Virus record (IMG/VR): IMGVR_UViG_3300042386_001233 | Coordinates: 62,001 to 126,000 of that record | DNA: 64,000 nucleotides | Direction: 5' to 3' (one strand) | Shown here: in pieces, positions 19,688-29,343 of the stretch | Position numbering within the stretch: position 1 is the stretch's first letter | Layout: every line of letters begins with the position of its first letter | Notes under the pieces: model-generated | Told to the model about the DNA's origin: nothing | The model's database searches: none | What the model saw: the letters and a program-made list of their open reading frames with translations, nothing else | Made by a program: the position numbers and the translations under genes

Positions 19688-20415
19688 GTAGTGAGTCCTA
19701 AGAGGTTTTCTAGTAATGTTTTAATTTGAGACACCTGATCATATATTGACGAATTAACATTATCTATAACGTAATCAAATTTAGACCAGTCAAATTTATC
19801 TTTATCTAATATGGATTCGCTAAGATGATCAGAATTATGTGGATTTCTAGTTAGTCTTAATACTTTGCCACCAATATTTTGAATTGACTCAACCTCGTTA
19901 GGAAAACGACAGTCTGTAATTATAGCAATATCTGGTTTTTCTCTGACTATTTTAGAGATGGTTGCTTTTACCCAAACGTCAGGATCTAATTTACGAAATA
20001 TGTCCGTTCCTATAATTTGCATAGCATCTCTGCCAGACAGCTGCTTGTTTTCCCATTGCAAATGTGTGGTTTGATTTTTTTCATCATCACTACCATAACA
20101 TTGATTATATTCCAATCCTAGAATATTCATGCAAATGTCTTGTTTTAAAACATCTGCAAAGTTATATATTTTGATTTTACTATATAGTTTTTGCAATAAG
20201 CTTTGGGCATTAATATCTGTCTTTGGTATTATGTGTGGTTGAAATAATCCTTCGTACTCTTTATTTCCGCCAAAATCAGAAAGTAGTATCTGTCCTTCGT
20301 CGTCTAGTAATACCTTTTCTGCCAAGCCTAGTTTAGACAGATGCAGAGATAATATAAAGTTACCAGCTGTTGTTTTGCCGGATTGTTTTCGTCCAGATAT
20401 ACCTAGCACTATCAT
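19684..20415 (-). CDS. Deoxynucleoside monophosphate kinase
   Basis: GRKQSGKTT, FADVLK, R..MQ.IGT..R, ITDCRFPNE, H.SE. Confidence 0.85.
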   Translation of the reverse strand: MIVLGISGRKQSGKTTAGNFILSLHLSKLGLAEKVLLDDEGQILLSDFGGNKEYEGLFQPHIIPKTDINAQSLLQKLYSKIKIYNFADVLKQDICMNILGLEYNQCYGSDDEKNQTTHLQWENKQLSGRDAMQIIGTDIFRKLDPDVWVKATISKIVREKPDIAIITDCRFPNEVESIQNIGGKVLRLTRNPHNSDHLSESILDKDKFDWSKFDYVIDNVNSSIYDQVSQIKTLLENLLGLTT

Positions 20416-21581
20416 ATAGAGTATCCTTGTAGTTGTGGTAAAATATATTCATGAATATCTTTTGTAGACATTTCTGCAATATCGTTTGCTGTTAACTTAA
20501 TGTGTTTAATGTTATATGTTCTACAACATTTTTCTTCTATATTCTTAGCAGCAGCCTCGCCAGCCTTATCATTATCCATAATTGTTACTATGTTCATGGC
20601 TCCAGAAATATCTAATAACATCTTTTGCTTGTGACTTAATGATGCTCCAAAGATTGCCACAGAATTATGTATTCCTGCTTCTTCTAGTCTCCATACATTT
20701 CCAGGACTTTCTACCAGAATCACAGTATGAGAAGACGAGATATGCTCTTTAGCGAACCAATAATTATACAAATACTCTTGTGTTTTAAAGTTTTTATTAT
20801 GTCTCCATTTACAGTACTTCCATACCTCATTGTCAGATGGGCAATCTGATTCGGTTTTATGGAATCCTCCACATTTGATACATTTATTATAGAAGGTTCG
20901 TCCAGTACAACCTGTCATATTTTGACCACTATCATCATAAACAGGAACCACCGCCCTGTCACACATTTCCTTGTTAGGATCTAAGCAGTCTCCAACGTCA
21001 TATTTGCGCAATACGTCCTCACTGAAGCCCCTATTTAAAAAGTATTGAGATGGAATAGACAGAGCTTTAACCACAGATGATCTGGGAACAGTACCAAGAT
21101 TTATTGGCCTATCATTTGATTGAATATTTTTTATGGCATTTATAAAAGTAGATTTTTCTTTGGCTCTTTTTGAGACCTTGATATTGGCCAAATCAGACTT
21201 ACTAAAATCAATAGCAAACTCCAGAGCTTCACCAAAAGATACTACTGGATCTCCTGATTTAGACCATCCCTTTTCATGAGACAAACAACCTCTAATAAAC
21301 CCAATAATAGACGACTTAAAAATTTCTTCACATTGATGGGTTCTGCATTTCCAGTTACCTCTATAAGAGTCTCCTTGATGATACAGATTAAACGCGGAGT
21401 CGTTATCTCCTCCGTGGATTGGACAACTCATGATAACCATTTTATCAAGCATTCTATAAGATGTTATTCCGAGATGACTGAGTAAATTCTCTATATCATC
21501 ACAGACCACATCAGATAGATGCTTTAATTGATGCTGATCATACGAATGGTATTTCTTCTGCTTCTTCTTCATTATATTCAT
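20412..21581 (-). CDS. dnaG: DNA primase (Zn finger + Toprim)
   Basis: CPIHGGDN..WKCRTHQC; YFLNRG; LVESPGNVW; MDNDKAG. Confidence 0.85.
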   Translation of the reverse strand: MNIMKKKQKKYHSYDQHQLKHLSDVVCDDIENLLSHLGITSYRMLDKMVIMSCPIHGGDNDSAFNLYHQGDSYRGNWKCRTHQCEEIFKSSIIGFIRGCLSHEKGWSKSGDPVVSFGEALEFAIDFSKSDLANIKVSKRAKEKSTFINAIKNIQSNDRPINLGTVPRSSVVKALSIPSQYFLNRGFSEDVLRKYDVGDCLDPNKEMCDRAVVPVYDDSGQNMTGCTGRTFYNKCIKCGGFHKTESDCPSDNEVWKYCKWRHNKNFKTQEYLYNYWFAKEHISSSHTVILVESPGNVWRLEEAGIHNSVAIFGASLSHKQKMLLDISGAMNIVTIMDNDKAGEAAAKNIEEKCCRTYNIKHIKLTANDIAEMSTKDIHEYILPQLQGYSI

Positions 21582-23013
21582 TGTTACTAACTATAAATCC
21601 ATCTTTTTTGGTCTGAACGTTGTTAACTAATTCTAAACGAGTTTTACCTTCTACTATTTTGGCACACCAACCCTTCATGTGACAATTAATATAATCATTA
21701 TCGTCTAATCCTCCTCCGTGACGACTAATTAATGGCACTAACTTACGATTCCCATTATCTGGACCATCTTCAGCAATCTCCTCATCTGACTTTCTTTTAA
21801 AGATAGTGAAATTGCTACAGAGCCAAATGATTCTGTCTGATCCGCTAGCGGTATCTGTACTTTCCTTGGAAATACCGTCTCTGTTTAATTGTATAAAGGC
21901 TACTATTGGTACCTTATATTTAACGGCAAAGTTATGTAATGATGTCATCATGAAGCCAAGAACCTGATATTCTTTCATGTCTTGAGAGATACCGGCAGAG
22001 TCCATGAGCTTTAGATAGTCATAAAAAATTACGCACTCTTTAGCTGTGCCGTCATCATTAAGTCCAACCTCTTTAACTATCCACCTCCTCATTAATGCTA
22101 ATTGTTCTTCGAATGATTTGCCAGCAATACTATGATGATACAGTCTACTGGCTTTTAATTCAGCTACAGCTGCTTGCATTTTAGACATAGATCCTGGAGT
22201 ATCTGCAAACTTACCAGTTTCTATTTTGGATATTTCTAGTTCTGATGACATAGCAAGAATACGATGAACGTGGTCTTCCCTAGTCATTTCAGTATCCATA
22301 TTCAATACTGGTATTTTTAACTTACTAGCAATATAATAACCCATATTGTCTGATAGTAATGTCTTGCCCACCTTTGGTCTGGCCGCTATTACATTAACTG
22401 TTCCACGACGCAAACCCCCTCCAATAGACTGGTCATAAACTGGAAATCCTGTAGATATACCAATTTGATCTACTTTATGTTCTTGCAAAAACTTAATATA
22501 ATCATCAATGTCTTTGCCTATAGAAGATGGAGAAGAATCACCGTCAGTTGACAAAGAAGAAGAGAAATTAAAGATAGACTCTTCTGCTATACCTATAATA
22601 GAAGATATATTCTCTGACCCAGTAACATCTAATAGTTGTTCCTGAGCATTCTCTAGTTCTTTATGTAGTAATCTGGCTATTTCTAGCTTCTTGATTTTGG
22701 CAGCAAACTTCCTAACGTTTTCTAGATTAACTGGAAAATCGAATATAGCTTTTAAGTGCTGCGCTTCCTCTTTTTTGGATAAAACGTCTGATAGTCCCAA
22801 CTCTTGGGCAGACGAGTAGATAGATGCTAGATCTAGTTTAGTCTGAGGATTTTTATCACAGATATTCTTAATGCATTTATAAATTATTTGATTGCTGTCA
22901 ATAGTAAATGCGCCTTCTTGGATTATATCACAAATATCCAAGTAGGCATCTTCACCATACTTCAATATACCGCTCAGTACCGCTCTTTCTGCGGAAGGAT
23001 CACATAAAATCAT
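21538..23013 (-). CDS. dnaB: Replicative DNA helicase
   Basis: AERAVL, GISTGF, AARPKVGKT, DTEM, FYDYLKL, QLNR. Confidence 0.95.
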   Translation of the reverse strand: MILCDPSAERAVLSGILKYGEDAYLDICDIIQEGAFTIDSNQIIYKCIKNICDKNPQTKLDLASIYSSAQELGLSDVLSKKEEAQHLKAIFDFPVNLENVRKFAAKIKKLEIARLLHKELENAQEQLLDVTGSENISSIIGIAEESIFNFSSSLSTDGDSSPSSIGKDIDDYIKFLQEHKVDQIGISTGFPVYDQSIGGGLRRGTVNVIAARPKVGKTLLSDNMGYYIASKLKIPVLNMDTEMTREDHVHRILAMSSELEISKIETGKFADTPGSMSKMQAAVAELKASRLYHHSIAGKSFEEQLALMRRWIVKEVGLNDDGTAKECVIFYDYLKLMDSAGISQDMKEYQVLGFMMTSLHNFAVKYKVPIVAFIQLNRDGISKESTDTASGSDRIIWLCSNFTIFKRKSDEEIAEDGPDNGNRKLVPLISRHGGGLDDNDYINCHMKGWCAKIVEGKTRLELVNNVQTKKDGFIVSNNEYNEEEAEEIPFV

Positions 23014-23015
23014 AA

Positions 23016-23423
23016 TTACCCTGCTTGAGTTGAACAGTTATTACATTTGTATCTTGAGGCGCCCTCAAATATTAAACCAGGACTAACAATCTCTGTCTTA
23101 CCACAAATTCTGCATGTTACTTGTACTGGTTCAAACTCTCTCATTCTTGCTACCGGAGGATGTTTTGATAGCTTTTTGTCTATTGAACTATCTTCTTTAT
23201 GCATACTAAACTCTGGCATTTTAGCAAATTTATTTACCGATTCTTCGCTATCATTTTGAGTCCTGCCTCTTTGACGACTCTTTGTCTTCATTTTAGACTT
23301 TGAAGATTTGGTTTCTGTCTTTGCTTCTTGTTCAGGAGTTTGGTCATTGGGCAATAGACTTTGTAGTAGGTTTATTAACAACTTAACATTTTCTGGATTA
23401 TTTAGCACTTCTTTAGGATCCAT
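23016..23423 (-). CDS. Hypothetical protein with C-terminal Zn ribbon
   Basis: CRICG..CNNC. Confidence 0.6.
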   Translation of the reverse strand: MDPKEVLNNPENVKLLINLLQSLLPNDQTPEQEAKTETKSSKSKMKTKSRQRGRTQNDSEESVNKFAKMPEFSMHKEDSSIDKKLSKHPPVARMREFEPVQVTCRICGKTEIVSPGLIFEGASRYKCNNCSTQAG

Positions 23424-23904
23424 GACTCACCTTTGCTCTTTGAATGGACAACATGATATCAGATAAATTCTTTAAACTATTTGCTATATAAGATAGTCTG
23501 TCACTTCTTTGCTTAGCATACTTCTTAATACTGCTCAAAGACTGTGCTTTATCATTATGCTTTATGGCTTGTAAAGATTTTTCAATATAGCCATATCCTT
23601 TATAATTATTCACTTCATCCGCTATTGTCTCTTTAATAGACTCTTCAGCCCAATTCTGTCTGGCAATTTCTCTGTTAATTGTTCTTTGAACATGAAAAGC
23701 AAACTGTCCAAGTCTGTAGGATATTTGAGCACAATCTTCTGGAGATAGCTTCTCAATTTCATCACGAGACATTGTTAAATATGTGTTCATTTCTTGTTCT
23801 GACACACCATATGATTGAGCATACTCTGGCAGCGAAATACTCTTTTCGTATTCGTCAAGCACCTTATCCCAGTGTTGTAAATCTTCTTTCGCACTTCTAT
23901 TCAT
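23413..23904 (-). CDS. Helical protein, possibly UvsY-like recombination mediator
   Basis: Coiled-coil character; located between recA and dnaB. Confidence 0.35.
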   Translation of the reverse strand: MNRSAKEDLQHWDKVLDEYEKSISLPEYAQSYGVSEQEMNTYLTMSRDEIEKLSPEDCAQISYRLGQFAFHVQRTINREIARQNWAEESIKETIADEVNNYKGYGYIEKSLQAIKHNDKAQSLSSIKKYAKQRSDRLSYIANSLKNLSDIMLSIQRAKVSHGS

Positions 23905-24307
23905 TGTTGGTAATCCTTTGTTCCCATACTTCTGGAGATTCCATATATCCTAATACTATATATTTGATTCCATTTTTTTCACACCATTCTTGTTTATCAT
24001 GATCTCTTTTTTGAGACTTGAGAAAAGAAATTCTAGAATTATGATAGAATGGTATGAACTTATAATGCTGCTCTCCATGCACTTCTACCGACATCTTTAA
24101 TAGAGGAATATAAAAATCTAAATACAAAGTTTCCGATTTACGCAATGGTACTGGAACTTCCTCCAGTATTTGCATGGTTGGAAAATTTTTAGTCAGAATC
24201 TTTCTGGCTTCCAGATGAAAAGATGACTTATTTTGCATTTTACCCTTCGCAATGTAACCTGTCAAGTGCCAAGAATGAGAATTCCCATCCAAATCGACTA
24301 TATTCAT
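23897..24307 (-). CDS. Vsr/DUF559-like endonuclease
   Basis: LYLDFYIP..VEVHGEQHY..RDHDKQEWCEKNGI. Confidence 0.75.
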   Translation of the reverse strand: MNIVDLDGNSHSWHLTGYIAKGKMQNKSSFHLEARKILTKNFPTMQILEEVPVPLRKSETLYLDFYIPLLKMSVEVHGEQHYKFIPFYHNSRISFLKSQKRDHDKQEWCEKNGIKYIVLGYMESPEVWEQRITNNE

Positions 24308-25326
24308 TTATTAATTCCTAATACTTCTTTTACAGCATTTTCAACAGTAGCATAAGCGGTAGGATTTTCTAATAGATAGTTTCTTACCTTTTCTGACCCT
24401 TGGAATTTAGGCTTATCCTCTAATACGGTAATAGTATACCAAGCACCACCCTTATGAATAATACCAACATCGGAAGCTAGATTGATAATTTCGGTACATT
24501 TATCAATACCCTGACCGTATCTAATATAACTGGTTGTTGTTGCTCCGGGTGGTCCCAATGCTGAACATATAACTTGCCATTCTATCTCTTGTCCTATTTG
24601 AGTATTATCGGTACCCAGCAACCAAGGCTTGAATGTTTTTGCTCTGAGTTTGATATCAGTCTGATATGCGATAGCTTGCCCAGACTTTTCTTTAAATTCT
24701 GCACCATAACCAGTTGGATTACCCATTAAGTGAGTAATACCAATAACGATATTCTTATTAACAGGAATAACATTAGCGACTTTACGACAAAACTTAGCCA
24801 AAAGTTTAGCCCCGTCTGCTCTTTGCATTTTATCCATATCAGATGTAATTTCTGCTTCTGTACATAATGCAGAGTACGAGTCTATGATTAGAACACATCC
24901 AGGAATTTCATTAATAATTCTTTCTCCAATTTGCAGGTATTCTTCAGCGTGTAGAATCTTGCCTTGCTGAGAACCTATTACATGAAATCTAGAGAGGTCT
25001 AATGCTGGTATTCCTTCAAGATCTCTTTTCTTTAATCTACCTTCAATATTTAGGTAGTACACTTGACGACCTTCTTTAAAAGATCCATAAGCATATTCTA
25101 GTCTTTGTGCCGTTGCAGCAAAGTCTAGTGACGATGTTGTTTTACCACACTTTGGCTGTCCGGTAAGAACAACAAAACTACCCTCGGGTATTCCTCCGTT
25201 GAGAGCGATATCTAAAGCTGGACCAATAGGTATTGTTAAGATTTTTTTATCTACAATAGCATTACCAGACAAAATAATCCCATCACCAAAATTCTTATTA
25301 ACATCTTCTTTTAGCGTTGTAGCCAT
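24304..25326 (-). CDS. recA: RecA/UvsX recombinase
   Basis: LDIALNGGIP, GQPKCGKTT, IIDSYSAL, KGGAWY, KFQG. Confidence 0.92.
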   Translation of the reverse strand: MATTLKEDVNKNFGDGIILSGNAIVDKKILTIPIGPALDIALNGGIPEGSFVVLTGQPKCGKTTSSLDFAATAQRLEYAYGSFKEGRQVYYLNIEGRLKKRDLEGIPALDLSRFHVIGSQQGKILHAEEYLQIGERIINEIPGCVLIIDSYSALCTEAEITSDMDKMQRADGAKLLAKFCRKVANVIPVNKNIVIGITHLMGNPTGYGAEFKEKSGQAIAYQTDIKLRAKTFKPWLLGTDNTQIGQEIEWQVICSALGPPGATTTSYIRYGQGIDKCTEIINLASDVGIIHKGGAWYTITVLEDKPKFQGSEKVRNYLLENPTAYATVENAVKEVLGINK

Positions 25327-25745
25327 TATTCTAAATCTCGTAGTTTGGAAATGATATTTGGTTTACTGTTATTCGCTTTTCTATGTACTATATTATCTTT
25401 ACGATCATAGTCCATAGACAATTCCGTATTTTCCTGCTCCACTATCTTTTGGTATTGGTCTATAATAGCAAGAAGGTGTGGCGCTCGCAAAGAGTAAATC
25501 TTAGCTGATTTGGTATCATTCAAGGCTTTTATAATGGCTTTGGGATGGTATTTTTTAAGTAGTTTATTTGCTGATCCTATTTGGTTCCTATAATATGTTG
25601 ACCACTCTTTAGTCAACCAGAACCTATAGTGTAAATCTATGTTACTTAATTTGGCTTTATGTTCGCATATTATCTCAGTGATATACTGAGCAGCGGACAC
25701 ATCCTTACCATTAGAATACCTGGAGGGGTATTGAGCTTTATGCAT
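25326..25745 (-). CDS. Hypothetical protein
   Basis: 139-aa ORF coupled to recA. Confidence 0.6.
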   Translation of the reverse strand: MHKAQYPSRYSNGKDVSAAQYITEIICEHKAKLSNIDLHYRFWLTKEWSTYYRNQIGSANKLLKKYHPKAIIKALNDTKSAKIYSLRAPHLLAIIDQYQKIVEQENTELSMDYDRKDNIVHRKANNSKPNIISKLRDLE

Positions 25746-26071
25746 TACTTGGACTTGTTTGGTCTAAAAATATTCTTTTCTTGGTTTCTTCCCTGCGATG
25801 ATTCTGCTTGCTTTCTTGTTTCGTCGGCAATTGCTGAAGCATCCTTGGTCATAATTGCTACATTGTTTAATTTCTTACCAGATGTATGGGTAATCATTAA
25901 ACTTTTAGCATTAGGTTTTGGTACAGTATTCATTTGAACATTGGCTTCCAGCACCTCGTTAATCTGCTTTTCTGACACTCCTAGTTCAGTCGATATCTTA
26001 TCAATACCTTCACCAGTGTGACTGAGCCAAAGAATAGCATACTTATTTGCTTTACTTAATTTAGCCATCAA
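25745..26071 (-). CDS. HTH-containing protein
   Basis: GIDKISTELGVSEKQINEVL. Confidence 0.5.
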   Translation of the reverse strand: MMAKLSKANKYAILWLSHTGEGIDKISTELGVSEKQINEVLEANVQMNTVPKPNAKSLMITHTSGKKLNNVAIMTKDASAIADETRKQAESSQGRNQEKNIFRPNKSK

Positions 26072-26448
26072 ATCTTCTCTCTTTCTGCTTTGTTAAGCCA
26101 TAATAAATTTTTAGAACAAAGGAATTGTAAATAACATTCAAATACTGCATAGCTAACCGGAGTAAAACGATTAGTTGGACGACAAGTATTATCAACTATG
26201 CTAGAAGATTTATCTTCTCCTAATTGAGAGATTGGATTATATAGCTTGTTGTTGGTTGATAGTCTAATAAAATATTGTGTAGGATTATTTGTTTTTGTAA
26301 TTTTTTTAGCTAGTACTTTATTGCTATCTGCATTAAGCATAGGGTTGCCACTGGAATCTACGTGGTCTTCATCTCCGACAAGACAGTAAAACTTATAATC
26401 TGTGGTGTCTTGCTTATTGTGATCAATAGTAAAAATGAAATCATTCAT
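26068..26448 (-). CDS. Hypothetical protein, paralogue of 27142..27540
   Basis: Shared CL.G.ED..D, YNPI and Y.QFL...N..WL...ER motifs. Confidence 0.65.
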   Translation of the reverse strand: MNDFIFTIDHNKQDTTDYKFYCLVGDEDHVDSSGNPMLNADSNKVLAKKITKTNNPTQYFIRLSTNNKLYNPISQLGEDKSSSIVDNTCRPTNRFTPVSYAVFECYLQFLCSKNLLWLNKAEREKI

Positions 26449-26800
26449 TATTTATCTCCGATGCTTTCTCTGTTGCTTCTTTATCAGATTCCATAATACA
26501 TTTCTGCAGTTTGTTGAAGAACCCTGCCATGTACTCATGATAGTGCTTGTTCTGAGGTACGGGAACGTGATAATTCTGTTTGCAAATTTCATTAATTCCA
26601 ACAACATTGCCAGTTTCGTCTTGTTCTAAAACCTTAGCAGTTACAGTAATTACCAGCTCGTGTGGACACTCTAAGAGTTTTTCATATTCTTGTTCGATCT
26701 CATTTGATAATGTATTTTGTTTTAATATGCTCTCTAATACTGTATCGATAGCTTTCTTTTCTTCTTCCGAAATATTTTGCTCTGTCATTATTTTGTCCAT
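26441..26800 (-). CDS. Hypothetical acidic protein
   Basis: Coupled ORF in the operon. Confidence 0.55.
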   Translation of the reverse strand: MDKIMTEQNISEEEKKAIDTVLESILKQNTLSNEIEQEYEKLLECPHELVITVTAKVLEQDETGNVVGINEICKQNYHVPVPQNKHYHEYMAGFFNKLQKCIMESDKEATEKASEINNE

Positions 26801-27138
26801 TTGGTTTTTGTTTTAGGTTTTTTAATTTGAGACATTCCTTTAGGTAGATTGGCTATTTCTTCAGGATCTTTGTATGAATTATGTTTCTCGTGCAAAGACA
26901 TTCTTTGATCATCACTTAAAGAATCTCTGTTACGATTAGCTAGATCTCCCAATGTTTTAAGTTCACTAGAGTGTTTTCTTATAGAACAAGAAACGTTGAT
27001 GACATCGTCTTCATAAGATCTTTCTGTATTTTTTGCAGCGCAGTGTTGACACTTGGGGTGTTCTTTATAGTCTGAAAAATGAGCGAATAATTCAAATTTC
27101 TTTTCGCACTTATTGCATATGTAAGTATATGTTGGCAT
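26788..27138 (-). CDS. FmdB-family zinc-ribbon protein
   Basis: MPTYTYICNKCEKKFE..CQHC. Confidence 0.85.
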   Translation of the reverse strand: MPTYTYICNKCEKKFELFAHFSDYKEHPKCQHCAAKNTERSYEDDVINVSCSIRKHSSELKTLGDLANRNRDSLSDDQRMSLHEKHNSYKDPEEIANLPKGMSQIKKPKTKTKWTK

Positions 27139-27141
27139 AAA

Positions 27142-27540
27142 CTATTTTGTGTCTCTCTCTATTTCCTTTAGCCAAGCTATGTTCATAGTATTTAAGAATT
27201 GTATATATTTATCAAATATGATCTTATTGACTTCTTTAAAAGACCACTCTGTTTTACATACCTGGGTAATGATATTGTGTTTTTTGTCTTTGATCTTATG
27301 ATATTGAATAGGATTATATACTTCTCCAGTTGGACTAATTTTTATATAGTACCTATAATATTGACTGACACTACCAAAATGTTTAGGCTTTTTGTTTTGT
27401 ATGCATTTTGCAACAACATGCGGGGAGGATGAGTCAGATAATCTTGATCTATCATTATCATCTATAAAATCTTCACTACCTCTTAAACAAAAATACATTT
27501 CTACATCTTTATCTTGCTTAGCTCGAAATATGTGTTCCAT
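27142..27540 (-). CDS. Hypothetical protein, paralogue of 26068..26448
   Basis: Same shared motifs as 26068..26448. Confidence 0.65.
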   Translation of the reverse strand: MEHIFRAKQDKDVEMYFCLRGSEDFIDDNDRSRLSDSSSPHVVAKCIQNKKPKHFGSVSQYYRYYIKISPTGEVYNPIQYHKIKDKKHNIITQVCKTEWSFKEVNKIIFDKYIQFLNTMNIAWLKEIERDTK

Positions 27541-28135
27541 TACTTTTCTCGTATTGAATAAACGGTTCCCACTCTGATAATACCTGAGTGTTATCTATAC
27601 TAGACAATTCCTTATACCAAGGCAAGTACTCTACTGAGTATTTCGGCTCAACAGGAGATTGTAGTAGTGTCATTCCTGCTTCGTTAGGTGTTTTATTGCC
27701 CTTTTTATGGTTGCATGGTCTACAGGCAGTTACTATATTATGCCAATTAGTAGACGCTTTTCTGTTTGGGGCATATCTACTTTTAGGTATAATATGATCA
27801 TACGTTAATTGAGAATTAGAGCACTTTTGCCCACAATATTGACATGTAAAATTATCTCTAATAAATAGATTATGTCTAGAAAAATTAATCTTTCTACCGT
27901 AGAGATTAAAATATCTGATTGTTCTAGCAACAGATGGGACTGGAAATCTTTTCCCATTTGGACCATGAATATTCTTGTCTTTATAATAGTCTAGTATTTC
28001 AATACCATAACTACTATCGTTTTCATATTTCATAGACCAGACAATAGCCCTCTGCCAAGAGATAATTCGCAGAGGGGTCATGTCCGCATTTAATAATAAA
28101 CACTTACTGTGTTCAGCTTTGTTGCTCATAACCAT
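27518..28135 (-). CDS. HNH endonuclease (McrA-like)
   Basis: LLLNAD..PL, RDNFTCQYCG, TYDHIIPKS, WHNIVTACRPCNHKKG. Confidence 0.92.
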   Translation of the reverse strand: MVMSNKAEHSKCLLLNADMTPLRIISWQRAIVWSMKYENDSSYGIEILDYYKDKNIHGPNGKRFPVPSVARTIRYFNLYGRKINFSRHNLFIRDNFTCQYCGQKCSNSQLTYDHIIPKSRYAPNRKASTNWHNIVTACRPCNHKKGNKTPNEAGMTLLQSPVEPKYSVEYLPWYKELSSIDNTQVLSEWEPFIQYEKSNGTHISS

Positions 28136-28844
28136 CTAGTTTAGATAAGATCTTAGCAATGATTGGATTACGCACTATATCACATGATTCTAGTCTGGCA
28201 CAACCAATCCCGTCTATTCCTTGTAAAGCTTCAATCATACTAGCAAAACCACCCTGTAAATGTCTGTTTAGGTCTGACTGACCAACATCTCCAGTTAGTA
28301 CCATTTTACTATCTGTGCCTGTGCGAGTTATTAACATTTTAAGTTGCTCATAGGAAGAATTCTGACACTCATCTGCTACAATAAAAGCATTATGAAAATT
28401 ACGACCTCTCATTAAACCTAATGGAACAACTTCAATTTTATTGTTTAGCTTTAAGGAAGTATACTGAGCAGTTGATATAAAATAGTTGACTTCATCAAGA
28501 ACAGGCAGAAGGTATGGATGTAATTTTTCTTCTGCCGACCCTGGAAGATAACCTATTTTTTCTCCTGCTTCAATTATAGGCCGAGTTATGATAATTTTCT
28601 TTACTTTTTCGTCAAGAAGATACTCTATAGCCATACCTATAGCAATGTGTGTTTTTCCGCTACCCGCTAACCCTTGACAAAAGGTTATTGTATTTTCTGC
28701 TATGGTTCTAATATACTCTTTTTGATTTTCACTTCTTGGTCTTAATCTATTTCTGTATACATTAACAACCTGCGTAGGCTCTAGAGGATTGGTAAGATTG
28801 ATTACTTTGGACTTCTTTTTGGCAGCTTTGTTGTTTTTTCTCAA
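28113..28844 (-). CDS. phoH: PhoH-family ATPase
   Basis: GLAGSGKT, RP.IEAGE.IGYLPG, MRGRNF, DECQN, GDVGQSD; likely TTG start after AAGGA. Confidence 0.95.
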   Translation of the reverse strand: MRKNNKAAKKKSKVINLTNPLEPTQVVNVYRNRLRPRSENQKEYIRTIAENTITFCQGLAGSGKTHIAIGMAIEYLLDEKVKKIIITRPIIEAGEKIGYLPGSAEEKLHPYLLPVLDEVNYFISTAQYTSLKLNNKIEVVPLGLMRGRNFHNAFIVADECQNSSYEQLKMLITRTGTDSKMVLTGDVGQSDLNRHLQGGFASMIEALQGIDGIGCARLESCDIVRNPIIAKILSKLDGYEQQS

Positions 28845-28893
28845 GAGTATTCCTTTGTAAAAACGGAGTATAATTACCAATTATGCATTAATA

Positions 28894-28900
28894 ATACACC
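28894..28900 (-). promoter_or_regulatory. GGTGTAT motif upstream of the phoH-replication operon
   Basis: GGTGTATTATTAATGCATAAT in the intergenic gap. Confidence 0.6.
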
Positions 28901-28915
28901 ATTGTTAATTTAATA

Positions 28916-29341
28916 TTATTTACCGCTAGAACCGAAGCCACCGTTAGATCTTGAGGTTTCTCCTAAGCTATTGGTCTCTTGAAATGTAACAGAATGATAG
29001 GTTTCAAAAATAATTTGTGCTATCCTATCACCACGTGAGATTTTGAACATATTGTTTTGGTCTGTATTGTACAAAACCACCCCTATTTCTCCTCTATAGC
29101 CGGGATCTATAACTCCAGCCAAGACATCTATACCATTTTTAAATGCTAGTCCAGACCGTGGTGCTATGCGACCATAGATGCCACTGGGCATGGATAGGGA
29201 GATACCTGTGCGAACTAGTTTTCTGGTTAATGGGAAAATAACCATATCTTCTACAGAATACAGGTCAGCACCAGCGTCATCAATATTAGCTCTTGATGGT
29301 GCTTTAGCTAACTCGTTTAGTTTTACAAAATCAATATTCAT
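28916..29341 (-). CDS. dut: Trimeric dUTPase
   Basis: AGADL, RIAPRSG, GVIDPGYRGE, GDRIAQ, RSNGGFGSSG. Confidence 0.97.
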   Translation of the reverse strand: MNIDFVKLNELAKAPSRANIDDAGADLYSVEDMVIFPLTRKLVRTGISLSMPSGIYGRIAPRSGLAFKNGIDVLAGVIDPGYRGEIGVVLYNTDQNNMFKISRGDRIAQIIFETYHSVTFQETNSLGETSRSNGGFGSSGK

Positions 29342-29343
29342 AC

